Shown: positions 28,721 through 38,737 of the stretch, in pieces | How positions within the stretch are numbered: the first letter of the stretch is position 1 | Layout of the letters: every line of letters begins with the position of its first letter | Source: Treponemataceae bacterium | GTDB taxonomy: Bacteria; Spirochaetota; Spirochaetia; Treponematales; Rectinemataceae | Assembly: GCA_963667725.2 (NCBI GenBank) | Contig: CAXXHO010000003.1 | Location: 352,001-416,000 of the forward strand | Direction: 5' to 3' | DNA: 64,000 nt | Program-made: the position numbers and the translations under genes | Notes under the pieces: generated by a model | Seen by the model: only the letters and a program-made list of their open reading frames with translations | The model's database searches: none | What the model was told of the DNA's origin: nothing

Positions 28721-29670
28721 AAACGACTACACCATTAATCGAGAAGACCAGGTGGATGTTCAAGATACGCTCATCCGATATCATTTTTATCGTGACTTTC
28801 GCGATTTTGTTCCTTGTAAGTTCCCTACTTTTGGACACGTTTTTTACGGCGAGGAATCTCTTCAATATTTCTCGACAAATCGTCACGAACGGCTTTATAA
28901 GCATTGGAATGCTCATCGTCATCCTCGCGGGCGGTGTTGACTTATCGGTAGGTTGTACCGTGGCGCTCTGTGGCATTATGGCTACGGGGCTCCAGAAGAT
29001 GATGCCGACACCTTTTGCGATCCTCGTCGCACTGGCTGTGGGCCTTTTTATCGGGTTCATAAATGGTTTCTTTATCGCGCAATTAAAGCTTCAACCCTTT
29101 ATCGTTACTCTTGCCTCCATGGGCGTCATTCGTGGGGCAACCTATGTCTTCTCCGAGGTTCCACAGTCTCCTGTCGATCCACTCTTTCGTTCCCTTCTCG
29201 GTGGAGGATTCATCGGTGCGGTTCCTGTCGCACCGCTCATCATGATTGTCTTTTATTTTTTAGCCTGGTTCTTCCTCAACCGGACAATCCCGGGCAGAGC
29301 GATCACTGCGATCGGCGGCAACAAGGAAGCCGTAAGGCTGGCGGGAATCAACGTCAAAGGCCATCTTATCCTCGCCTATATGCTCTGCGGATTCTTTGCT
29401 AGTGCTGCGGGCATCATTCTGGCTTCGCGGCTGGGCATCGCTCAACCGAGTGTCGGAGCCGGATTCGAACTGGATGCGATCGCGGCCGTGGTGATCGGCG
29501 GAGGTGTAATGACTGGCGGAAGCGGCGGGGCTGTTGGTACCTTCTTCGGTGTGCTCGCTCTCGGCTTTATCGACAACTTGCTCAATCAGTTCAATGTCCA
29601 GTCCTATTATCAGCAAATTGTTAAGGGAATCATTATCCTTGTGGCGGTAGTCTCGCGCAGGAAGAGCTGA
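28717..29670 (+). CDS. Sugar ABC transporter permease (RbsC-like)
   Basis: GGVDLSVG, PFIVTL, IGGNKEAVRLAGI and ELDAIAAVVIGG. Confidence 0.94.
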   Translation: MKTTTPLIEKTRWMFKIRSSDIIFIVTFAILFLVSSLLLDTFFTARNLFNISRQIVTNGFISIGMLIVILAGGVDLSVGCTVALCGIMATGLQKMMPTPFAILVALAVGLFIGFINGFFIAQLKLQPFIVTLASMGVIRGATYVFSEVPQSPVDPLFRSLLGGGFIGAVPVAPLIMIVFYFLAWFFLNRTIPGRAITAIGGNKEAVRLAGINVKGHLILAYMLCGFFASAAGIILASRLGIAQPSVGAGFELDAIAAVVIGGGVMTGGSGGAVGTFFGVLALGFIDNLLNQFNVQSYYQQIVKGIIILVAVVSRRKS

Positions 29671-29712
29671 TTGGTCTGCTCTCCTCTCCGGCTTCACAAG
29701 AAAGGGCACTTT

Positions 29713-30171
29713 ATGAATGCGTATGAGAATTTGAAGAAACTCGGGTATTCTCTTCCAGACCTGCCACCGCTCGCAGGACTCTATGTAAAGCTGAAACGTA
29801 TCGACCATATGGCCTATGTTTCCGGACAAGGTTGCACTCTCAAAGGACGGCCTGCCTATATGGGGAAAGTGGGGGCCAATCTATCTTTGGAAGAGGGACA
29901 GGAAGCGGCGAGAATCTGCACTCTTAATGCATTGGCAATATTGGATGATTCGCTTGGTTCGCTTGATAAGGTGAAAAACGTGGTGAAGGTGCTCGGTTTT
30001 GTCGCGAGTGCCCATGATTTCAACAGTCAGCCGGCGGTTATCAATGGTTGTTCCCAGCTTCTCATAGATGTGTTCGGCGAAGCGGGGAGGCACGCGCGCT
30101 CCGCTATAGGCGTCAGTGAGTTGCCTGGAAATATCCCTGTCGAAATTGAGTTCATATTCGAGGTGGAGTAA
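29713..30171 (+). CDS. RidA/YjgF family protein
   Basis: YVSGQ, VVKVLGFVAS, INGCS, GRHARSAIG and VEIE; start set at MNAYE. Confidence 0.9.
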   Translation: MNAYENLKKLGYSLPDLPPLAGLYVKLKRIDHMAYVSGQGCTLKGRPAYMGKVGANLSLEEGQEAARICTLNALAILDDSLGSLDKVKNVVKVLGFVASAHDFNSQPAVINGCSQLLIDVFGEAGRHARSAIGVSELPGNIPVEIEFIFEVE

Positions 30172-30272
30172 AGTCATTACGGAGGCATACCTATCATTCT
30201 CCAGCCACTGAATGGATTGAGTCTATATGGATAGGTGAATATCTTCTGCCGACGGACAATCTGACTAGACTA

Positions 30273-30775
30273 TGTATTTCGTCAAGCCGAAATACGCCAA
30301 AAAATCGTACAAAAGTACCCATCAGCTCGTGGGTAATTTTACCTGACCTTTCTGCCGCATGAGGGCGTGTTTCATTCGGTAGCTTTCGCCCTCGAAGAGT
30401 AGAATGTGGCCATGGTGGGCAAGCCTGTCGATCATCGCGGCAGCCATCTGATCATCAGTAAAGATCGTCCCCCACTTGGAGAACTCAAGATTGGTCGTGA
30501 GAATAACGCTTCGGCGCTCATAGGAATCTGCAATTATCCTGAACAGGAGCTGAGCTCCTTGCCGGTCGACGAGAACATAGCCCCATTCGTCAATGATCAA
30601 GAGATCAGCCCTTGCGATGTACTTTATAAGCCGCTCAAGAGATCCTTCCTTGAGGGCTTCGGAAAGCTTTACCACGAGTTCTGCCGCGGTAAAGAACTTG
30701 GTACGGAAGGAGCGAAAGCACGCGGCAACGCCAAGGGCAGTAGCAAGATGTGTCTTCCTGGTTCCTACGGGGCCA
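30273..30775 (-). pseudogene. istB: IS21-family IstB helper ATPase fragment with probable right end
   Basis: LLIIDEWGY, ILTTNL, IDRLAHH and GESYR; Walker A reads GPVGTRKT; 5' part missing. Confidence 0.85.
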
Positions 30776-30908
30776 CTCCTCTTTTACTGCTTCGAGGGCA
30801 ACCATTGCCTTATACTGCTCGTCGAACTTCTTCCTCATGGTGGACTCTCCTTCTTCTAGGATATTCCACCTTATTCAGTTTCTGTAGTGGTCCGGCCCGT
30901 TGGGCTCA
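30776..30908 (-). pseudogene. IS3-family left end with the start of orfA
   Basis: MRKKFDEQYKAMVALEAVK; terminal TGAGCCC...GACCA...AATAAGGTGG is similar to the IS end at 55267-55310. Confidence 0.75.
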
Positions 30909-31168
30909 GCATAATGATTTTTGATCACCTGCCATGTTGGACTATTTATTTTAAGCGCAGGGATTCTACGTTTTGCTCGCTTATCAGTAGTCCGCTGCGC
31001 GAGAAATGGGTTATATAAGCCTCTATCGTGTCCCTTTTTAAGTTCACGCGATATGGTTGACTTTGAAAAACCCATCATTTTAGCGATAGCCCCTTGGCTA
31101 TTCCCAAGATTTAGGTAAACGGTAATCTCTTCACGATCTTTGTTCGTGATTCTTCTGTATTTTCCCAC
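30909..31168 (-). pseudogene. IS30-family transposase N-terminal fragment
   Basis: YRRIT..DREEI...SQGAIAKMMGFSKSTISRELKK HTH, truncated by the IS3 end. Confidence 0.8.
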
Positions 31169-31607
31169 GTTCCCATCCTAACACTTTATGCGTTAGGAGT
31201 TACTGAGTACCAGTTTTTAATTTCCTGGCTTCATTGAATAGAGTTTTAAAAGGGCTCATATATATAAATAAATTTACTCCAAAAGTTGGTTATTTTACTT
31301 GCGCATAAAAAATAGTGGGTGTATAAGTAGCAGGAGAAAGAATAATTTGGCTCGTGTGCCCATAGTGTATCGCTCAACGCACGGTAGCATGTTTTAATAT
31401 ATATATAAAAAAAGAAGTTATTGGCTTTGCTTTAGAACTTAACATGCATCCGTTTTTACAAGGATACTCATTTGCAGGCATGAGTGGTCTCTTATTTGAA
31501 TCGCTTTGCTGAGAATTCATACCTCTCTGATGAAGAGAACGTGAGTAGGCGGTAGTGTAACCGTTCTTATTTTTAGCTGACTTAGAATAGGAAGGAAGGA
31601 AAAGATC

Positions 31608-32255
31608 ATGAAAAAACCGGCAACCAAATTCCTAATCGCACTCCTCGCAATCCTGATGGCTTTCGTTGGCATGGTTAGCGCCGATGAGCCGCCCAAGGCA
31701 GGACTTCCCGTGCTCACTACTTCTGCAGGGCAGAGCACTGGTGTTGTCATCGTCAATGCGCTCTCCGATCGGATAGGCTTGAAGTACGACTATTGCGATG
31801 TGCCCACAGTCGAACAGTTCGCGGCCGGTGTCGGGTTAGGCAATTTCCATGAAGCGGAGGGTTTTCACCTTACATCGAAATCCGAAGCGAAAAAAGGCAC
31901 GCCCTACAAGACGATAATCTTCGCTGTTGGCGCCAGTCTTAAAGGCATGGGCGCATCTGGATTGTCTATGGATGATGAGATATCGCGGATCAAAAAAATA
32001 GTGGATTACTGCAAAAAAAATAAGATATTAGTGGTCGCAGTCCATGTGGAAGGAAAGTCTCGGCGCGGTAAACCGGGTAGTGATAATGAACTGATCATCG
32101 ATGCTATCGTTCCCAGGGCTGACTACATTATCGTGACTACCGATGGTAATTTCGACGGTCGTTTCAATGAAATCGCCAAGAAAAGCGGTGCTCCGCTATC
32201 CATTATAAAAAAATCTACCGAGCTGACCACCATTCTGCAAACGATGTTTATGTAG
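31608..32255 (+). CDS. Exported protein, DUF6305-like
   Basis: Signal peptide and TSAGQS, GASLKGMGASG, VHVEGKSRRG, GNFDG motifs. Confidence 0.7.
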   Translation: MKKPATKFLIALLAILMAFVGMVSADEPPKAGLPVLTTSAGQSTGVVIVNALSDRIGLKYDYCDVPTVEQFAAGVGLGNFHEAEGFHLTSKSEAKKGTPYKTIIFAVGASLKGMGASGLSMDDEISRIKKIVDYCKKNKILVVAVHVEGKSRRGKPGSDNELIIDAIVPRADYIIVTTDGNFDGRFNEIAKKSGAPLSIIKKSTELTTILQTMFM

Positions 32256-32328
32256 GGAGGTGAACTCCCGCATTCTGATCACCTCGTTCCCGATCATCGA
32301 TCGGATTTAGGGGAAAGGAGTATCTAGC

Positions 32329-33612
32329 GTGTTCCTCCATGTTGCTCTTTTGCTTCTGGCGATGGTGGTAGCTTTCGCCTTTGCCAAGCTGTTGAAACTA
32401 TCCATTGAACTCTGCATTCTGGTCACAGCCCTCGTTGGTGCGTTGTTGGGCGGAGCAGGGATTCCCTTCAGACACATCGCGGAAGGCGCGACCGCCTATC
32501 TCGACCTCTGCCTCATCTTCATAACTGCGACGGTTTTCATGAATATCGTCAAGGAAAGTGGGGGAATCGACTACCTAGTGAAGAAGGTCCTAAAGCGCTT
32601 TTTCCGGCAGCGAGTCATACTTTTGATCATTCTCATGTTCCTCATGCTAATTCCGGGCGCACTCACCGGAGCGGGCTCTGTGTCGGTTCTCGTTGTCGGT
32701 GGCACGGTCGCTCTCGTATTGAAGAGTCTTGGAATCAAGGAGGAACGGGTAGCTGCGATGGTCTTTCTTCTCGCGGGCCTGAGCGCCGTGGCTCCTCCCG
32801 TCAACATCTGGGCGATGATCACCACGGCGGGAACGGCCATCCCCTATGTCGGCTTTGAATTACCTCTCGGGATACCCGTCCTCGTGCTCGGACTTTTTGT
32901 GACCTTCTGGTTTGGCCTTCGCGGCAAGCCCGAAGATCTCGACGTTATTCTTCTGCGCATCCCCGAGCCCCCCGCCAAGATGAACGGCTGGCGTGTCGGA
33001 CTTCCTTTTCTCGTCGTGCTCCTCTTTATAGTCGTCCCGCGTATCTGGCCTTTCGCTCTCCCGACATTCGGACTTCCGATGGTCTTTACCATTGCGGCCC
33101 TTCTAACATGGGCGCTCAGTCCTCGTAAGATCAATGTGATTAAGGTCTCCACTGATACCTTCGAGCAGTTGCTGCCCCTCATCGGGACGGTCATCGTCGT
33201 AGGCATTCTCCTTCAAATCATGACTCTGAATGGTGTGCGCGGCCTCATTTCCCTGTCGATCATTTCCTTCTCGCCTCTCGTTATTTTTCTTCTTCTTCCC
33301 CTTGCATTGCCGTTTTCCGAGGGAATACTCGCGGTGGGAGGCGCTGCGGTGATCGGGATCCCTCTCACATGGACGCTCAACTCGATAGGTCTCCATCCCA
33401 CGGTGGCCATCGCAGGGATGAGTCTTCTCTGGATGCTCGGAGGAGCGTTGCCGCCAACTGCCCTCATCGGGAGGCTTTCCGTGCAGACCGCTGGATATAC
33501 CGGCTCCTACTGGAAATTCTTGCGCAGCTGCTGGCTGCCCTGGGGCCTGATATCCGTGACTGGAACACTTATGGTCGTTTTCAGCAAGCAATTGAGTTTC
33601 CTGGTCCGTTAG
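32329..33612 (+). CDS. Ion-transporter-superfamily permease (TRAP DctM/GntP-like)
   Basis: 427 aa with many TM helices, PGALTG, APPVN and PPTA; GTG start with RBS AAGGAG. Confidence 0.8.
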   Translation: MFLHVALLLLAMVVAFAFAKLLKLSIELCILVTALVGALLGGAGIPFRHIAEGATAYLDLCLIFITATVFMNIVKESGGIDYLVKKVLKRFFRQRVILLIILMFLMLIPGALTGAGSVSVLVVGGTVALVLKSLGIKEERVAAMVFLLAGLSAVAPPVNIWAMITTAGTAIPYVGFELPLGIPVLVLGLFVTFWFGLRGKPEDLDVILLRIPEPPAKMNGWRVGLPFLVVLLFIVVPRIWPFALPTFGLPMVFTIAALLTWALSPRKINVIKVSTDTFEQLLPLIGTVIVVGILLQIMTLNGVRGLISLSIISFSPLVIFLLLPLALPFSEGILAVGGAAVIGIPLTWTLNSIGLHPTVAIAGMSLLWMLGGALPPTALIGRLSVQTAGYTGSYWKFLRSCWLPWGLISVTGTLMVVFSKQLSFLVR

Positions 33613-33646
33613 TGGCACAGGATACGAAGCAATCGAGAGGTGAGCT

Positions 33647-33802
33647 GTGGCATTTGTAATTACAACCGTCTATTACGCATTATGCGTTTACGCGATCGCC
33701 TTTCTGGCTATCAATTTCGTCAAAACCAAAGATTGGCAGAAGGCGACGCTCCAATTGATCGTAATTCTGCCCTTTCTTCTGCGCGTCCTACGTCTGAAAT
33801 AG
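33647..33802 (+). CDS. Small membrane protein (51 aa), absent from the ORF track
   Basis: GTG start with RBS GAGG; MAFVITTVYYALCVYAIAFLAINFVKTKDWQKATLQLIVILPFLLRVLRLK has two hydrophobic segments and fills the operon gap. Confidence 0.75.
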   Translation: MAFVITTVYYALCVYAIAFLAINFVKTKDWQKATLQLIVILPFLLRVLRLK

Positions 33803-33817
33803 GGAGGTGCGATTAAA

Positions 33818-34975
33818 ATGACGCGCCTAAAAATAGGTAAAATTGTTCTACTCTGTCTCTTTGTGCTCTGTTTCGTCGTCGCCGGCGTCGAGATGCGGAC
33901 ACTGAGGAATTACAGAGAAACTCTCGTCAAAGGCCCCGGCGTAACCGGCTCGGGCCGTTTGAGCGACTACCTTCCTGAGCTCAAGGGAACCTGGGCTGAT
34001 ACTAATGTCTACTATTTCGATAGCGGCAAGCCCGGCGCTACGGCCCTCCTCCTCGGCGGGACCCACCCCAACGAACCTTCCGGCATCATCGCTGCGTTCC
34101 TTATGGTGGAGAACGCCAAAGTGGAGACGGGGCGGCTCATCGTCATCCCTCACTATAATAGAAGTGGCTCCACGGCCACTCAACCTCTGGGCGCCTATCC
34201 TCAATTCATCTCCATCAAGACCGGCTGGGGCAAACAGACCTTCCGTATGGGGGATCGACTTATCAATCCCCTCGACCAGTGGCCTGATCCCGAGGTCTAT
34301 ATCCACTACCCGAGCAAGCAGATGCTCTCCAATGTCGACATGCGCAACGTAAACCGCACCTGGCCAGGACGGGCCGATGGTGCGCTCGGGGAGCAAATCG
34401 GCTTCGCCGCGATGGAACTCATTCGTAATGAGAAAGTTGACTGGGTCGTTGATTTCCATGGCGCTGAACTCCTCTATCCTGTTACGAACTGCATCGTTGT
34501 GCCCTCGCAATCGACGGTGATCGCGCAACTTGCGGCAATAAATCTTACGGCAACTGATTTCGAAGTTCATGTAGAGCCTTCGCCAACGAATTTCCGCGGC
34601 GTATCGCACCGCGAAATCGGGGACCATTCTCCGGCGCTTCCTTTCCTCCTCGAATCCCCCGATCCCTTCCTTGACCAGCCTACAGGCCCCAAAACCGAAG
34701 CCCTTGAGCTCGATGGCAAGGACGAATTTCTTCTGGCAGCTTCAAAACGCGGTCTTCTTTTCACTGACTACGACGAGAATGGAAAATCTATGGAACAGAG
34801 GGCGGGCCGCCATATCACCATCGTGAAACAACTTGCTGAGGAATGGAATAATATGTTCCCCGACAAGCCTATTGATTTCTCTTCGCCGGGGTACACCGAG
34901 TTCGAAGCAGAAGGTTTGGGAGCTTATTTTACAGACCCGTCCTCCGTGGAGGAAAATAGGCTCTCTCTGGAATGA
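33818..34975 (+). CDS. Succinylglutamate desuccinylase/aspartoacylase-like (M14) Zn hydrolase, exported or anchored
   Basis: GGTHPNE (HxxE), NVNRTWPG and VDFH; N-terminal hydrophobic segment. Confidence 0.85.
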   Translation: MTRLKIGKIVLLCLFVLCFVVAGVEMRTLRNYRETLVKGPGVTGSGRLSDYLPELKGTWADTNVYYFDSGKPGATALLLGGTHPNEPSGIIAAFLMVENAKVETGRLIVIPHYNRSGSTATQPLGAYPQFISIKTGWGKQTFRMGDRLINPLDQWPDPEVYIHYPSKQMLSNVDMRNVNRTWPGRADGALGEQIGFAAMELIRNEKVDWVVDFHGAELLYPVTNCIVVPSQSTVIAQLAAINLTATDFEVHVEPSPTNFRGVSHREIGDHSPALPFLLESPDPFLDQPTGPKTEALELDGKDEFLLAASKRGLLFTDYDENGKSMEQRAGRHITIVKQLAEEWNNMFPDKPIDFSSPGYTEFEAEGLGAYFTDPSSVEENRLSLE

Positions 34976-35047
34976 GCGCATCAAGGCCGGCCAGGTACAC
35001 GTGATCGCGTCCCCGCCAGGCTATGCAATATCAGGAGGTAAGGAGAA

Positions 35048-36676
35048 ATGATGACAACGTTCAGAATGAAAGGCATTGGCAGAAGGGCCTGGGTGTGTGG
35101 GGTTCTCTTCCTTGCAATGGCATTCGCTGGCTATGGCAATGCCTTCGCCTGTACTTCGGTCACGGTTGGCTCTCTTGCCTCCGTCGATGGTTCCGTTATG
35201 ACTTCCCACACCGCAGATGGCGGGTTCTGCGATTTCCGTATTACCCGAAAGCCTGCCGCTGACCACAAGCCCGGCGAGATGCGACAGGTTTACCTGAACT
35301 CAACCCTGCGCGCTCCCGAGGACGTTCGCTTCGAGCCTCTCATCCTCAAGGGCGAGATCCCCGAAGTCGCACACACTTACGCTTATGTCAGTGGTGTTTA
35401 CGGCCTCCAGAACGAGCACCAGCTCTCGATAGGCGAGACGACCATAAGCGGTCGCCGCGAACTCCAGGACCCCGAGAGTATGTTCGACATCGTCGAGCTG
35501 TCCCACCTCGCAATGGAGAGGTGCACTACTGCCCGTGAAGCGGTACGGCTCATGGGTGAACTCGCCGAAATGTATGGCTATTGTGACTATGGCGAATGCC
35601 TTACTGTGGCCGACAGCAGAGAAGTCTGGCAGTTCGAGATATTCGGCGCCACTCCAACCGTAAAGTCCGCCACCTGGGCTGCCCAGCGCGTTCCGGACGA
35701 CCAAATTTGCGTAAGCGCCAATCGCGCCCGTATCGGCGAGATCGACCTTAAGAACAAAGACTATTTTATGGCTTCGAAAAATGTGTTCAGCCTAGCCGAG
35801 GAAAAGGGCTGGTACAATCCCAAGTCCGGAGCCCCCTTCCTGTATTATGCTGCATACTGCCCGACTACCGGCTACTATAACGCACGCCGTGAGTGGCGCG
35901 TGTTCAGTCTCCTCGCTCCTTCGCTCAATCTCGATGCATGGGCCGATCGCTACCCCTTCTCCGTAAAGCCAGACAAAAAGGTCTCGGTCGAGTCCATAAC
36001 CTCCGTACTCCGGGATCACTACGAGGGAACGCCCTTCGACCTCACCAAAGGCACAGCCGCCGGTCCTTTCGGCACTCCTAACCGCTATGCTACTCAGCGT
36101 AGTTTCTCTGGAACTTGGGAACGGGCTCTTTCCATCTTCCGCTGTGAGTATAGTTTTGTGTCGCAGTCCCGTTCATGGCTTCCCGACGCTGTCGGAGGCG
36201 TGCTCTGGTTCGGCTGGGATGCGCCGCACAGCACCGTCTACATGCCCCTCTACTGCGGTGCTACTGCGCTTCCCGCAAGTTTCAGCATCGGCAATCGGGG
36301 CGAGTTCAACCGCAAATCGGCCAACTGGGCCTTCGCGTTCGTCTCCAACTGGGCCGATCTCCGCTATAATGCGATGATTGTCGACATCCAGGCTAAGTAC
36401 AAGGCGATCGAATCCGCCGAGTACGTGATGCAGCCTGCGATAGAGAAGACCGCCGCCGAGCTCTATGCGAAGGATAAAGACCTTGGAGCCCAGTACCTTA
36501 CCAAGTATATGATCGACAACGCCAATTCCATTGTTGACCAGTGGTGGACCTTCGGCGACTTCCTCGTCGGCAAGTACCACGACGGCTACGACAACAATCC
36601 GAAGATTGGTATGACCATAGGATATCCCGAAGGATGGCTCAAAACCGTCGGGTACGGTCCGATCCAGAAGCCTTGA
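35048..36676 (+). CDS. Peptidase family C69 (Ntn-hydrolase dipeptidase)
   Basis: Signal peptide followed by CTSVTVG..AS.DGSVMTSHT, NEHQLSIGETT, SANRARI and RDHYEGT. Confidence 0.88.
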   Translation: MMTTFRMKGIGRRAWVCGVLFLAMAFAGYGNAFACTSVTVGSLASVDGSVMTSHTADGGFCDFRITRKPAADHKPGEMRQVYLNSTLRAPEDVRFEPLILKGEIPEVAHTYAYVSGVYGLQNEHQLSIGETTISGRRELQDPESMFDIVELSHLAMERCTTAREAVRLMGELAEMYGYCDYGECLTVADSREVWQFEIFGATPTVKSATWAAQRVPDDQICVSANRARIGEIDLKNKDYFMASKNVFSLAEEKGWYNPKSGAPFLYYAAYCPTTGYYNARREWRVFSLLAPSLNLDAWADRYPFSVKPDKKVSVESITSVLRDHYEGTPFDLTKGTAAGPFGTPNRYATQRSFSGTWERALSIFRCEYSFVSQSRSWLPDAVGGVLWFGWDAPHSTVYMPLYCGATALPASFSIGNRGEFNRKSANWAFAFVSNWADLRYNAMIVDIQAKYKAIESAEYVMQPAIEKTAAELYAKDKDLGAQYLTKYMIDNANSIVDQWWTFGDFLVGKYHDGYDNNPKIGMTIGYPEGWLKTVGYGPIQKP

Positions 36677-36696
36677 TTAACGTTTAAAGTACGCTC

Positions 36697-36729
36697 GTGA
36701 GGTTGCCTGGGTAAAACAGGCAGCCTCAC
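36697..36729 (+). terminator. Stem-loop between the C69 paralogues
   Basis: GTGAGGTTGCCTG-N7-CAGGCAGCCTCAC. Confidence 0.55.
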
Positions 36730-36770
36730 AATGAAGCCTATCGCTTATAAGAGCGAAAAGGGAGATTTTT

Positions 36771-38417
36771 GTGAGAACCAAGAAGATTTTCTTCATCGTG
36801 CTCACGGCGCTTATCGCTGTCTCTATGCTCGGCGCTCAGACAGAACCGCCGGAAGCCGGCGAATGCACATCTATTCTTGTAGGAAAACTAGCCTCGGTCG
36901 ATGGTTCTGTCATGACCACCCATACATGCGATGGATGGGATGATTCGCGAGTGACTGTCGTTCCTCACGGAACGCATAAAGCTGGCGAAATGGTTCAGAT
37001 CTGGAAAACATGGAAGGACCAGGGCTACGGAGCCCCGGCGGAGGTTCGAGGCGAGATTCCCCAGGTGAGTGAGACCAATTCCTACATCCAGTCAGCTTAC
37101 CCCTTCATGAACGAGTACCAGGTAAGCATAGGTGAAAGTACCTTCAGTGGCCGTCGCGAACTGGTTAACGCCGATGAAGGTTTGTTCTATCTTGAGCCTC
37201 TAATGGCCATCGCTCTCCAACGCGGTAAGACCGCGCGCGAAGTTGTACAGATCATGGGAAACCTTGCCGAGAAATACGGCTACGCCGATGGAGGCGAGTG
37301 CCTCACCGTGGCCGATCCCAATGAAGGCTGGGTCTTCGAAATTGTGGGTCCTGGCCCTCTTTGGACGGCCGATTCCGGGACTCCGGGCGCCGTATGGGTA
37401 GCCCAACGCATTGCCGACGATCGCATATTCGTATCGGCGAATCGCTCTCGTATCGGTGAGATCGATCTTTCCAAGCCTGACTGGTTCATGGCCAGTTCTA
37501 ACATTTTCGAAACCGCCAAGACCTACTCGTTCTGGGATGGTAAGAAAGTCTTCAGGTTCAACGATGTCTATGCGCCCAAGGATACCTTCTATAATAGTAG
37601 GCGCGAGTGGCGAGTTTTCAGTATCCTGGCTCCTTCCAGAAATTTCGACGCCTGGGTGAAACGCTATCCGTTTTCTGTGAAGCCTGATAAAAAAGTCTCC
37701 GTTCGCGATATCATCGCGATTACTCGCGATCATTACGAAGGTACGGAATTCGACCTCACCAAAGGACTCGACGCGGGACCTTTCGGATCGCCTGGCCGCT
37801 GGGCTTCGAAAAACCCCACTGGCACCACTGGATGGGAACGCTCTATCTCAATTTACCGCTGCGCCTATACTTTCGTTTCACAGAGCAGGTCCTGGCTTCC
37901 TGATGCTATCGGCGGTTGCGCCTGGTTTGGCGAGGGAGCTCCCCATTCCACCGTCTATATGCCTATCTATGCTGGCATTACCGAGGTTCCGAAATCCCTC
38001 AGCACCCATGAGCGTTTCGAATATAGCCGTTCATCGGCCAGGTGGGCATTTGACTTCGTGGAGAATTGGTCTCAGCTCTCATATTCGTACATGATCAAAG
38101 ATATTCAGGCGAAGCAAGCCAAGTATGAGAACGAGTTCTTCGATATGCAGTCCGCCATTGAAGGCGCGGCTCTCGCAATGTACAACAACAAGAGTCCTGA
38201 ACTAGCGAAGAACTTCCTTACCAGCTATTCCAGCGATGCGATTAGCCGCGCCGTAAATGGTTGGTGGGTTTTTGCGGATGAGTTGGTCGCAAAATATAAC
38301 CAGGGCGGGATTTTCTTGAAGTCCAAAGGTTATCCCGAGGAATGGTTGAAAGCCGTCAAGTTTGGCGAATCCAGCAACATAAAGCTGTACAAGGACATAG
38401 TGTATCCCGACGACTGA
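36771..38417 (+). CDS. Peptidase family C69, second paralogue
   Basis: CTSILVGKLASVDGSVMTTHT, NEYQVSIGEST, SANRSRI and RDHYEGT. Confidence 0.88.
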   Translation: MRTKKIFFIVLTALIAVSMLGAQTEPPEAGECTSILVGKLASVDGSVMTTHTCDGWDDSRVTVVPHGTHKAGEMVQIWKTWKDQGYGAPAEVRGEIPQVSETNSYIQSAYPFMNEYQVSIGESTFSGRRELVNADEGLFYLEPLMAIALQRGKTAREVVQIMGNLAEKYGYADGGECLTVADPNEGWVFEIVGPGPLWTADSGTPGAVWVAQRIADDRIFVSANRSRIGEIDLSKPDWFMASSNIFETAKTYSFWDGKKVFRFNDVYAPKDTFYNSRREWRVFSILAPSRNFDAWVKRYPFSVKPDKKVSVRDIIAITRDHYEGTEFDLTKGLDAGPFGSPGRWASKNPTGTTGWERSISIYRCAYTFVSQSRSWLPDAIGGCAWFGEGAPHSTVYMPIYAGITEVPKSLSTHERFEYSRSSARWAFDFVENWSQLSYSYMIKDIQAKQAKYENEFFDMQSAIEGAALAMYNNKSPELAKNFLTSYSSDAISRAVNGWWVFADELVAKYNQGGIFLKSKGYPEEWLKAVKFGESSNIKLYKDIVYPDD

Positions 38418-38426
38418 TGCGGATCG

Positions 38427-38468
38427 AAACGGGGCTGTCCTATTTGTTGGGCAACCCCGTTTTTTTTA
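38427..38468 (+). terminator. Rho-independent terminator
   Basis: AAACGGGGCTGTCC-loop-GGGCAACCCCGTTT followed by a T run. Confidence 0.8.
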
Positions 38469-38737
38469 TGTTTTCTAGCTTTATACTCTACAGGCTTAAC
38501 CTCTATTAGTTTATTTACCCGCAGCTTGCTGCGTCGGGTATAATATAAGAGTGAGTGAGTATATACATAATAGTTATAATGTGTCTGTATGAGTTAACCA
38601 TATTTTGACAGTAGGTGAATTTCGTTCACTAGATATCATATGCGCATGTAACCTTTTAATAATCTATAAGATAGAGACTCTACAATCCTGCTCTATAATT
38701 AAAGAAATTTCCCAATAATTTGTGGAATTTAGCATTT

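Noticed and set aside
33848..37733. Long antisense ORFs (259, 134, 135 and 177 aa)
   Set aside because: Shadow frames of the hydrolase genes caused by codon bias.
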